Below are positions 11,027 to 20,062 of a DNA stretch of 64,000 nucleotides, in pieces (position 1 is the stretch's first letter; each line of letters opens with the position of its first letter). This DNA comes from Fibrobacteria bacterium (GTDB taxonomy: Bacteria > Fibrobacterota > Fibrobacteria > UBA11236): contig JAYTSD010000020.1 in assembly GCA_043745805.1 (NCBI GenBank), positions 64,001-128,000 of the forward strand, read 5' to 3'. The notes under the pieces were generated by a model. The model was not told the DNA's origin, did not search any database, and worked only from the letters and a program-made list of their open reading frames with translations. The translations under genes were made by a program, and so were the position numbers.

Positions 11027-11188
11027 GGCTTTGATCCAAAAAAAAATAGATATTCCTCGATTATGGATAGTAACTTTGTTCTCGAGAAAAAAAAAGCACT
11101 CTTTGCAAGGGAATGCCTAAGATTTTTAAAAACCACAAAAAAATTGACTTAAGTTGACAAAATAACTGACATCTCTCTTGGGGAAATA

Positions 11189-12655
11189 TTGAAAGCCGAA
11201 TTAAAACAAATTCTTAAACATTCTCTTATTTACGGAGCGGGAACAGTATTAGGGAAGATCATCGGTTTTTTAATGATCCCGGTATATACCCGATTTCTCT
11301 CGCCTGCCGATTATGGCATAATCGAATTGCTCGACCTCACAGTTTATATTTTGGGAACTTTGATTGGCTATAGCATTACTAGTGCAATTGTGCGTTTTTA
11401 TTATGACCATAAAGAGGCGTCCGAAAGAAAAATTCTAGTCTCTACCGCCCTTTTATTTGTAGGTGGACTCTCTATTGCGGTGGCCCTACTACTTTTGCCT
11501 TTTAGTCCATTGCTTTCTCAATTAATATTAAAATCACCAATATATTCTGTTTATTTCAAGATCGTTTTAGGGACATTGTGTTTTCAAATGATAGGTGAAT
11601 TTTGTTTAACCTATACCCAAGTACAGCAAAAATCTATTCAATACACTACCTATACTTTAATCAAGCTTTTCATAGGCTTAGGCTGCAATATTCTATTTGT
11701 AGTGGTATTAAAAAAAGGCCCTTTGGGAATACTTTATAGCAGCTTTATCTCCGCATTTTCATTAGGATTGTTTTTAGGAATCAAAACACTTTTTGAGACG
11801 AAACTGCATTTTTCTTGGGAAAAATTAAAAGCCATGCTTGCCTATGGTTACCCTTTAATATTGGGAAGCCTGAGTACATTTGTACTAACTTTTTCCGATC
11901 GCTATTTCTTAAATCAATATTCCACATTAACAGCCGTGGGCATATACGCTTTGGCTTATAAGTTAAGCATGTTAATCCCCGTATTGGTTACCGGTCCCTT
12001 TTTAACCATTTGGTCGGCCAAGCGTTTTGAAATTGCCAAATTACCAGATGCGAATGAAATTCAAGTTAAAGTATTTAATTATTTTGCCTTTATTTTAATT
12101 TTTGCGGCGGCGGCATTGTCAATTTTTGTACGCGCCGGTTTACATTTGATCACCACGCCAGATTTTTTTGAAGCTGCTCGATTTGTTCCTATTATCGCCA
12201 TTGGTTATATCTGTAATGGACTTTATTATCATTTTAATTTTGGGATTTATTTTAAAAACAAAACCAAATATGCAGCTGGTATATTGATAAGTGGAGCAGT
12301 TTTAGATTTAGTTTTGAATTATTTTTTAATACGTCGCTATCATGCCATGGGAGCGGCTATCGCTACATCACTCGCTTTCTTTTATATCGCGTGTGCGACT
12401 TTTTTTGTTTCTCGTCGTTTCTATATCATTCCCTATGACATAGCGCGCCTCATGAAAATATTATTAGCTGGGACAACAGCTTATGCCTTAGCTTTAGTAT
12501 TTGATCCTCATTCACTTTATCTTTCTTTAGCCTGGAAGTTTTTTTCCTTAGGTACTTACCCATTTCTTTTATTAATTTTGGGATTTTATCGACTTTCTGA
12601 ACTTCGCGAATTATATCAAATGGGACTGCGCAAGCTTAAAGGCTTTAACGTATGA
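11189..12655 (+). CDS. wzx: Wzx-type oligosaccharide flippase
   Basis: KHSLIYG, PVYTRFLSPADYG, DRYFL, VGIYALAYKL; highly hydrophobic multi-TM protein. Confidence 0.88.
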   Translation: MKAELKQILKHSLIYGAGTVLGKIIGFLMIPVYTRFLSPADYGIIELLDLTVYILGTLIGYSITSAIVRFYYDHKEASERKILVSTALLFVGGLSIAVALLLLPFSPLLSQLILKSPIYSVYFKIVLGTLCFQMIGEFCLTYTQVQQKSIQYTTYTLIKLFIGLGCNILFVVVLKKGPLGILYSSFISAFSLGLFLGIKTLFETKLHFSWEKLKAMLAYGYPLILGSLSTFVLTFSDRYFLNQYSTLTAVGIYALAYKLSMLIPVLVTGPFLTIWSAKRFEIAKLPDANEIQVKVFNYFAFILIFAAAALSIFVRAGLHLITTPDFFEAARFVPIIAIGYICNGLYYHFNFGIYFKNKTKYAAGILISGAVLDLVLNYFLIRRYHAMGAAIATSLAFFYIACATFFVSRRFYIIPYDIARLMKILLAGTTAYALALVFDPHSLYLSLAWKFFSLGTYPFLLLILGFYRLSELRELYQMGLRKLKGFNV

Positions 12656-13992
12656 GTTCATCCGTGCTCAAACCTAGGCGCATAGGTCTGCTGAGTACTT
12701 ATGGCAATGGTAACTTGGGAGATGCGGCTACGCAAGAAGCTGTTATTTGGAATTTACAAAAACAAATTCCTAATGCGAAATTATATGGTATTTCTGCTAA
12801 TCCTGAGGATACATTAGAGCGCCACGGACTTCCTGGATATCCATTGTATCGGAATTTTAAATCGGGGCAAGGAAAGGTTTCGTTAGCAATCGCTACTCCA
12901 ACAATGGGTGGCACGGAAGTAACCTCTAAGTTAAATTCAGAAAAACTTTCGACCCTTTCCATTTTTCGACAAACTTTAAAAAAAATCCCATTACTTTATC
13001 CCCTACTTAATGGGCTGCACTCGGCAGTTTTAGCCCTTCCTGAAATTTTTAAGGAAATGCGATTTTTGCAGCAATCATATAAAACTTTACGGGATATTGA
13101 CGATTTGGTTTTTACGGGAAGCAATCAGCTCGATGATTATTGGAGTGGACCTTTTGGGCATGTATTAACAGTATTCAAGTGGACGCTTATGGCTCGCCTA
13201 GCGGGTACTCGGGTCGTTTTTTTGAGCGTAGGTGCCGGCCCATTGCGCTCCCCTTTCGGAATATTTTTTGCCAAACGTGCTTTAACTATGGCGCAATATC
13301 GCTCCTATCGTGATGAGCAAAGTAAAGAGGTCGTGGAAAGCGTGGGCTTTCGGCAAACGCATTTTGTATTTCCTGATTTAGCGCATAGCTTAAAAATTCC
13401 AGAACGCAAATCAAATCCCAAGCCTAAGCCAATTGTAGGGCTAAGTCCGCTTTCTTATCGCGATCCCCGATTTTGGCCGAAAGGCGAGTCAGCGATTTAT
13501 CAGCAGTATGTGAATAAACTCACAGATTTTTCGGCAGAGGTTTTGCAACAAGGTTATGGCCTAGCTTTTTTTCCTAGCCAACTCAAAATGGATCCTTATG
13601 TGATTGCCGATATAAAATCGCAACTGCTTTCTCGCGAGATCGATGTTTCGGAAATACAAGAGCCTAAAACCGATACCGTAACCGATTTGTTACTGGCAAT
13701 ACAAAATACGGATTATATGGTGGCCTGTCGTTTTCATGGCGTGCTCTTGTCATTGTTGTTATGTAAACCCGTTCTGGCCATTTCCTATGCTCCCAAAATT
13801 GATGTACTTATGCAGGATACGGGACAAGGGCTGTATACTTATCCAATCGAAACTTTTTCCATGCAGGATTTGAAACAGGGTTTTGCAAATTTGGAAAAAA
13901 ATTCACAAGCGGTAAGTGCGCAAATCGCCCTTAAGATGGACGCTTACCGCCAAGCGCTGAATCAGCAATATCAGAATGTCTTTGGTTCATAA
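12652..13992 (+). CDS. Polysaccharide pyruvyltransferase family protein
   Basis: YGNGNLGDAA, SVGAGP, SYRDEQS, PDLA, RFHGVLLS. Confidence 0.88.
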   Translation: MSSSVLKPRRIGLLSTYGNGNLGDAATQEAVIWNLQKQIPNAKLYGISANPEDTLERHGLPGYPLYRNFKSGQGKVSLAIATPTMGGTEVTSKLNSEKLSTLSIFRQTLKKIPLLYPLLNGLHSAVLALPEIFKEMRFLQQSYKTLRDIDDLVFTGSNQLDDYWSGPFGHVLTVFKWTLMARLAGTRVVFLSVGAGPLRSPFGIFFAKRALTMAQYRSYRDEQSKEVVESVGFRQTHFVFPDLAHSLKIPERKSNPKPKPIVGLSPLSYRDPRFWPKGESAIYQQYVNKLTDFSAEVLQQGYGLAFFPSQLKMDPYVIADIKSQLLSREIDVSEIQEPKTDTVTDLLLAIQNTDYMVACRFHGVLLSLLLCKPVLAISYAPKIDVLMQDTGQGLYTYPIETFSMQDLKQGFANLEKNSQAVSAQIALKMDAYRQALNQQYQNVFGS

Positions 13993-15244
13993 GCAGCCTT
14001 CGGCGAGCCGCTTCTCTAGGATAAACTTGCGCTAGAGCATGACATAATCCTATCCAGCCCCATAAATATTCGTGAAACGGTGCATTTAAAAATGTCATGG
14101 CCGCTAACAATCCCATCACACACATAATCAAAGCCATCGCCAAGCGCATGGTGTCTCGATCTTTTGCATAGATAGCCAGTTTAATAGTTTGCTTCATGCG
14201 CCAAAAAGTAAAGCCCATAATTGCCAAATAAAGGGCTAATCCGGTAAAACCGGCTTCGGCGCTAAGTTTTAAATAAATGGAATGAGGGTTGTGAATACCA
14301 TCCCCATAAATACTAACCACTTGTCCCCATCCATCGGGACCTAGTCCAAAAATAGGATGATCGACCGTGGCATTGAAGGCTCCTCGCATCAATCCTGAGC
14401 GTTGCTGGGCAGAGGCTTCGGTTTGTTCACCACCAACATTAATAGTGGACATGCGTTCCCACCAAGAATCTGGTAAGAGCATTAGCGTTATACCTAAAAC
14501 TAAAACCATTAGAAATCCATCGCGCCCTTTTTTCTTGGAAATAAGCAATATGTAGATAACCAACATCATAGCAAGCCCGACAGAAGCTCCGCGCGAATTA
14601 GAAAAAATGATGGCGCTAAGACTTAAAAAAATAATCCCCCAAAAACCCCAGCGTACCACACGTTTAAATTTCCAATTATAACTGAAAGCCAAATACACCA
14701 GCATAGGCAATGTTCCCACAATACCCGCCGTGAAATCATTGCGATCAGACAATTGACTTTCTTCTATCCCCATATCAATGGCCACACCATGAACTAAACA
14801 ATGCGCCCCAGCTTGTGCTGCCCAAACGCCCACCGACAAACAAAGTACCGTGCCTATTAAACGAATATCCTTAGTGGTTTGTATTGAGGAATAAATTAGC
14901 AGTAGGGGTAATAAATATTTTAAAAACTTTATCATTTCGGGCCAAGCTACGTTTGGATAATCTGATGTTAGGGTGGTAATTAAAAGCCAAAAAATCATAC
15001 CGGCCAAGCAATAAAAATAAGCACCTAAATTTGGCTTAACTCTTCCCTGACCTACATTTACCATAAAAGAAAGTACCAGAACTATTAATACATAATAGGC
15101 TACCGGATAGGCGCCGAACATATGCGCAAAACTTAAAGGTTGGAAAATATTATTCCACAAAAATAAAGAACAGGCGATGGCCATATTACTCATGCCGAGT
15201 ACAGTACCCGACAAATAAACTAACCCGATGATAATTAAGCGCAT
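13931..15244 (-). CDS. O-antigen ligase/Wzy_C-like membrane protein (resembles exosortase-associated O-glycosylation ligases)
   Basis: DRNDF, SNSRGA, DHPIFGLGP, PHSIYLKLSAEAGFTGL; multi-TM. Confidence 0.8.
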   Translation of the reverse strand: MRLIIIGLVYLSGTVLGMSNMAIACSLFLWNNIFQPLSFAHMFGAYPVAYYVLIVLVLSFMVNVGQGRVKPNLGAYFYCLAGMIFWLLITTLTSDYPNVAWPEMIKFLKYLLPLLLIYSSIQTTKDIRLIGTVLCLSVGVWAAQAGAHCLVHGVAIDMGIEESQLSDRNDFTAGIVGTLPMLVYLAFSYNWKFKRVVRWGFWGIIFLSLSAIIFSNSRGASVGLAMMLVIYILLISKKKGRDGFLMVLVLGITLMLLPDSWWERMSTINVGGEQTEASAQQRSGLMRGAFNATVDHPIFGLGPDGWGQVVSIYGDGIHNPHSIYLKLSAEAGFTGLALYLAIMGFTFWRMKQTIKLAIYAKDRDTMRLAMALIMCVMGLLAAMTFLNAPFHEYLWGWIGLCHALAQVYPREAARRRLLMNQRHSDIADSALGGKRPS

Positions 15245-15319
15245 GTCACCTTATATTTTAGGGTTAAAAACTAAACACAATATACCATTCCCTGCTCCAA
15301 AGCTTCTAGATTTATTCTC

Positions 15320-16495
15320 ATGGTAAATAAAATTAAAGTTTTACATATTGTGCAATGTATGGGTTATGGTGGCATGGAAGGGCGCATAGCCCGCCTAGCG
15401 CGTGGCTTGGATCAAAATCGTTTTGAAATCCATATTCTCACTTTGCGTCCTGCTCCAGTGGGACAGGTAGAATTGCCCAGTTATGTGCAGCATATTTATT
15501 TCCCCATCAGCTCAGGTTTGCATTTTGATCGTTTGTTTGCTTTAGGGAACTTTATTCATAAAGGACAATATCACTTTGTTCACACACATAATTGGTCCAG
15601 CATGTTCTATGGAATTTTAGCAGGTCGGATTGCAAGATTAAAAGCAAGCATACAGCCTAGATTTTTAGCCGGCCCAAACAAAATTTGCTCTATCGTTTTG
15701 CATGGTGAACATGGACTAAATGCCGAGGATTTAAAAAATATTTCACCCAAACGTTTATTAGCGCAAAAAATTTTAGCGCGCTTAGCGCAGGGCATTGTGG
15801 CGGTTAATGAAGTGATTGCCCAAGCGGTAAAACAAGGTTGGAAAGTTGCACCAGAAAAAATAAAAGTTATTCCCAATGGTGTGGATTTAAATCGCTTTAA
15901 AGCGCCCTCCCAAATTTCCGAACCCGTAACAAAAATGGAGCGCAAAGAAAAAGTTTTTATAATAGGTACAGTGGCGCGACTCGACGCGGTAAAAAATCTT
16001 TCTTGCTTATTGCAAGCCGCGCAGGGATTATTAAAAAATCATCCCGAAATCCGTTTAAAATTATTGTGGGTAGGTGATGGCCCATTGCGTATACGCTTAC
16101 AAGAGGAAGCCCAAACTTTAGGCTTGAGTGAGCACATTGAATTTGCCGGTGAACATAAAGATGTGGAAAATTGGTATCCTCGTTTTACCGTTTTTACCAA
16201 TACTTCGGTTTATGAAGGCATGAGTAATACTTTGTTGGAGGCGATGGCTTGCGGCTTGCCCTTGGTGGCTTCGGATGTGCCGGGCAATGCTTTATGGTTA
16301 CGTGAAAATGAAAACACTTTATTTTTTCCTTCGGGAAATGCCGAAATGCTCGCCGAAAAATTGCTAAAGCTTTGGATGAATCCTCGACTATGTTTGGAAT
16401 TAGGAAAAAATAATCGGGCCCGTGCGGAGCAGGATTATGATAATCGTCAGTTTATTGCCACCTATGCAGCCATGTATGAAAATTGGTTAAAGTAA
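15320..16495 (+). CDS. Glycosyltransferase family 4
   Basis: GYGGME, VHTHN, HGEHG, IPNGVD, EGMSNTLLEAMACGLPLVASDVPGN. Confidence 0.9.
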   Translation: MVNKIKVLHIVQCMGYGGMEGRIARLARGLDQNRFEIHILTLRPAPVGQVELPSYVQHIYFPISSGLHFDRLFALGNFIHKGQYHFVHTHNWSSMFYGILAGRIARLKASIQPRFLAGPNKICSIVLHGEHGLNAEDLKNISPKRLLAQKILARLAQGIVAVNEVIAQAVKQGWKVAPEKIKVIPNGVDLNRFKAPSQISEPVTKMERKEKVFIIGTVARLDAVKNLSCLLQAAQGLLKNHPEIRLKLLWVGDGPLRIRLQEEAQTLGLSEHIEFAGEHKDVENWYPRFTVFTNTSVYEGMSNTLLEAMACGLPLVASDVPGNALWLRENENTLFFPSGNAEMLAEKLLKLWMNPRLCLELGKNNRARAEQDYDNRQFIATYAAMYENWLK

Positions 16496-16549
16496 ATTTC
16501 CTGAATTAGTTTATTGGCTACGCTTAGCGAATAAGAGTACAATTTTGGC

Positions 16550-18856
16550 ATGAAGGCCATCCCGTTTAAAATCTTGTTATTGTGCGCTGTGTTGGGAGTA
16601 CTTCCCGTGTTACCTATTATGCTGAGCGGCAGCCCCATTTTGAATAATGATATGTTACTTGCTTATTACTCGTATTTCTGTGATTTTCATAAAAACTGGT
16701 CTTGGTCGCATCCCTTAGTTTTTTGGACTTCCAGTTTTCAATGTGGTATGCCTATGCATGCTTATTGGCAAAGTGCTTTTTTATATCCTTTGACTTGGAT
16801 TTTATTTGGGTCAATCTCTCCTTCGATAGGGATTTATTGGTTTTATGCTTTTCACTTCGCCTTAGGAATTTACGGTTTTATTTTATTAGGTCCGAAATTG
16901 CATTTGCATCGTGTCGCGTCACTATGGGGCGGCATTGTATTTTCACTTTCGGGAACCATGTTAGCGCGTTATGAGCATATCACCTTTTTGGCGGGCTGGG
17001 AATTTATTCCTTTGGTATTATGGGCCTATTTAAACTTAGTGGAAAGGCACAACCTTTCTTCAATTTTTATTTACGCCCTGTTAGTTTGCATGCAAACCTT
17101 GGGAGGCCACCCACAAGCTTCGGTAACCACGGCATTACTCATATTTATTTTTACTTTGGCAGACTTAAAACGAAATAAGTTTTCTAAAAAATATATTACT
17201 TGGATAAGCGGCGGCCATCTCTTAGCCATAATTTATTGTGCACCCTTGGTCATTCCTTTTACGCAATTTGTGGATCAAACTAATCGTTATGGAGGTGTGG
17301 CTTGGGAAAATCATGAGGAAGAACCTTCCGCAGCGGCAAAATTACAAACCGGCGTTTTCAGTTTCACGGAGTTTTCCACTGGAGGCATAAGGCCTTTGCA
17401 TGCGCTTTCTTTAATAGCACCACACGCCTTAGGAACACCGTCCCAGGCTACTTGGTGGGGCGGTGAAGTTTGGGGAGAAGTTTTTGTTTATATGGGCGGA
17501 CTCGGATTTTTCTTTTGTTTTTTTGCTTCCTATAAACGTGCCAATAAATATGTGCAACTTATTCTTGGGATGGGTTTAGTGGGTTTATGGTTAGCCAGTG
17601 GAAAACATTTGGGAGCAAGCCAAGTATTATATCATCTGCCAGTATGGAATAATTTCCGTCGTCCAGCGCGTTATTTAATTTTGGTAGTTTTTGCATTGGC
17701 CGTATTGAGCGCTCATGGTTTGCAGCGTTGGATGGGCAAAAAACAAAATTTAAAACCCTTATTGTATTTGCTCGCATTAGCTTTGTTGGGAGAAGTAGCT
17801 TTATTGTTACTGCGTAACCAATTTGAAAATTTGCTGCACTGGTTGGAGCAATTGCGTGGCCGAATGGCTTTGAATCCCCAAAAAGATTATACAGAAAAAA
17901 TGCAAAACCTTTTGCAAGGTTGGACTTGGGATGGGGTTTTTATTCTGATTTCAGTAGGGTCACTTTTTTACGTGACGACAAAAGCCAAAACTCGTTACGC
18001 GCTTTTATTTATAATATTATTAATTGATTTATTACGTATTCATTGGAGTCATTTTTATCGCTTTCCTGCAACTTATTACCGCGAGCCTCCAGCCAGTATG
18101 GCGGCGCTCGACACTTCCCACTCCTACTTTTGGCGCATCGCGGCCAATATTGAATATCAAGGACTTGAATTTTGGCAAATGCATAATAATCCCACGCAAC
18201 ATATTGATTTATTTGAGCGGGAAAAAACGGCGTTAACCTACGGAATACATGCTGTTTTTGGTATTCGCAGCACGCGTGCGCATTTGCCAACCTTATGGAA
18301 ATGGAATGGTCAAACGCATACTTATGAAAAAGCGGGACGGTATTTTTTAAGTAATGTGGAATTACAATCTGTATACGGAAAGCCTTTACAAAAATTGGCT
18401 CGTTTTGATTCCGTTTATGTTTATGAATTTAAAAATTGGTTACCGCGTTATAGTTTGAATTCCGTCACTTCGACAGGCTCAGTGACCGCAAAATCTGTAA
18501 TTCCGGTCACTGAGCCTGTCGAAGTGACTTGCCCCCAAGGTTATCAAGGCTTGCGAGGTTTATGTGTATATGAAAAACGAGATGATGATATTTATGTACA
18601 ATCTGCTGTTGCGGGAACGCTAGTTTTTCGAGAACGCTATTATTCCGAATGGCGCTATCGTGAAAATCATGGGCCCTGGCAAAAACCCAAAGAGACTTCC
18701 GAACACTTCATGGAAGCGACATTAATGAAAGCTGGCGAATTGGAATGGGAGTACATCCCTTTTATGTTTTATTATACGACGGGGTTCGCTTTGGCTGTTA
18801 CAGCATTATTTCTAGGCTTCCAATTTTCCGTTACACGCGGCCCAAAAAGAAAATAG
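16550..18856 (+). CDS. YfhO-like GT-C membrane protein
   Basis: CGMPMHA, LYPL, GGHPQ, FRRPARY, C-terminal LVFRERYYSEW and TM. Confidence 0.7.
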   Translation: MKAIPFKILLLCAVLGVLPVLPIMLSGSPILNNDMLLAYYSYFCDFHKNWSWSHPLVFWTSSFQCGMPMHAYWQSAFLYPLTWILFGSISPSIGIYWFYAFHFALGIYGFILLGPKLHLHRVASLWGGIVFSLSGTMLARYEHITFLAGWEFIPLVLWAYLNLVERHNLSSIFIYALLVCMQTLGGHPQASVTTALLIFIFTLADLKRNKFSKKYITWISGGHLLAIIYCAPLVIPFTQFVDQTNRYGGVAWENHEEEPSAAAKLQTGVFSFTEFSTGGIRPLHALSLIAPHALGTPSQATWWGGEVWGEVFVYMGGLGFFFCFFASYKRANKYVQLILGMGLVGLWLASGKHLGASQVLYHLPVWNNFRRPARYLILVVFALAVLSAHGLQRWMGKKQNLKPLLYLLALALLGEVALLLLRNQFENLLHWLEQLRGRMALNPQKDYTEKMQNLLQGWTWDGVFILISVGSLFYVTTKAKTRYALLFIILLIDLLRIHWSHFYRFPATYYREPPASMAALDTSHSYFWRIAANIEYQGLEFWQMHNNPTQHIDLFEREKTALTYGIHAVFGIRSTRAHLPTLWKWNGQTHTYEKAGRYFLSNVELQSVYGKPLQKLARFDSVYVYEFKNWLPRYSLNSVTSTGSVTAKSVIPVTEPVEVTCPQGYQGLRGLCVYEKRDDDIYVQSAVAGTLVFRERYYSEWRYRENHGPWQKPKETSEHFMEATLMKAGELEWEYIPFMFYYTTGFALAVTALFLGFQFSVTRGPKRK
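18464..18528. repeat. Perfect inverted repeat (25-bp arms, 15-nt spacer), REP/MITE-like, in frame inside the YfhO-like CDS
   Basis: GTCACTTCGACAGGCTCAGTGACCG (18464-18488) and its exact reverse complement (18504-18528). Confidence 0.9.
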
Positions 18857-19008
18857 TTTCCTCCTTGAGAAAGCTTTAGGTCAAAAAATCTATTTATCTT
18901 TTCCATTTTGAGATCTATTTTGGAGGTTGCAATTCTAAAATACGGCTATATGCCACTTAAATCAACTAAAAAGCGATTTTTCATTTTTTTTATTTAAAAT
19001 GGGGGCTA

Positions 19009-19024
19009 TGTGATCTCCATCACT
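19009..19024. promoter_or_regulatory. CRP/FNR-family-like binding site
   Basis: TGTGA-TCTCCA-TCACT, 9/10 match to TGTGA-N6-TCACA, intergenic. Confidence 0.4.
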
Positions 19025-19258
19025 GAATTCGCCGCGCAAGCCAATTAAATTCCTCTTCATGCTATTTGAATTATTTACCCGCGCAACGAAAACTCTTCAC
19101 TCAACTTTTCAGTTAGGAAATATCAAAAAAGGGCGGATAACCCCAAGAAAACCACAAAACACGGGGATTGTAAATCTTCCCGACAAACATAAAGTATTCT
19201 ACTTCTCAGTTAAATTATTTAACTTATTCATGCACTTTTCAGCCAAAAATGAGGCCCT

Positions 19259-19966
19259 ATGTTAAAAACGTCTTTAAGAACAATTTTCACTTTATCCTGC
19301 TTGCTTTTTACCAGCCATAATATTTTCTCTGCTACAACTACCGCTGCACCAAAAGCCAATTCACCCACTACTGCTCCTAAGGTAGCGGCAACACCCTCTA
19401 AAGCGGCTGCTCCTAGTACAGTTGCGCCAGTCCTTTCGGGCAATCGACTAGACCAGGTTACCGTTAAACGTTTATATGGCGATGGCGATTTTGATCAAGC
19501 CATTAGCATGCTGGAAAACTTTGAAAAAAGTCAAAAGCAATTTACGCGAGAAGAAAGTCTTACCGTGTATAAATTTTTAGGCGTTATGTACAGCGCCACG
19601 CCAGCGACACGCGAAAAAGGCAAAAGTTATTTTTACAAACTCTTAAAAGTCGATCCCGATGCAAAAATTTTGGACATGTATGTCAGTATCGTGGTGCAAG
19701 ACATATTCAAAAATACTTTGGATGAATTAATGGAGCAACAAGGGCATAAGCCCAATCATAACAATACCACAGCCTCGCAAGGTCAAGTCTTAGGACAAAA
19801 TAATAATGGTAAAACGGGTAAGCAACAAAAAATTGAAGAAGAAGATCATACAGTCATTTGGTGGATCGGTGGATTGGGCTTAGCTGCGGGTTTAGCCGGG
19901 GGATATTATCTGTACAGCCAATCGGGTAGCACGCCTGCTAAAGATTCAGAAATCAAAGTTCCTTAA
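19259..19966 (+). CDS. Exported hypothetical protein with TPR-like helical region and C-terminal Gly-rich TM anchor
   Basis: Signal peptide, A/P/T linker, LYGDGDFDQAI...YKFLGVMY, C-terminal WWIGGLGLAAGLAGGYYLY. Confidence 0.7.
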   Translation: MLKTSLRTIFTLSCLLFTSHNIFSATTTAAPKANSPTTAPKVAATPSKAAAPSTVAPVLSGNRLDQVTVKRLYGDGDFDQAISMLENFEKSQKQFTREESLTVYKFLGVMYSATPATREKGKSYFYKLLKVDPDAKILDMYVSIVVQDIFKNTLDELMEQQGHKPNHNNTTASQGQVLGQNNNGKTGKQQKIEEEDHTVIWWIGGLGLAAGLAGGYYLYSQSGSTPAKDSEIKVP

Positions 19967-20062
19967 ATCGAGGCTCTTTACCAGGAGTGCCCTTGGGCCA
20001 AGAACTTTTGGCCTCAATAGTATTTTGACCCCCATTCCAAAATGGGAATATAAAGGATTACA

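Noticed and set aside
19059-19443. Short ORFs 19059-19265 (+) and 19228-19443 (-)
   Set aside because: One lies in AT-rich promoter DNA; the other is the antisense shadow of an Ala/Pro/Thr linker
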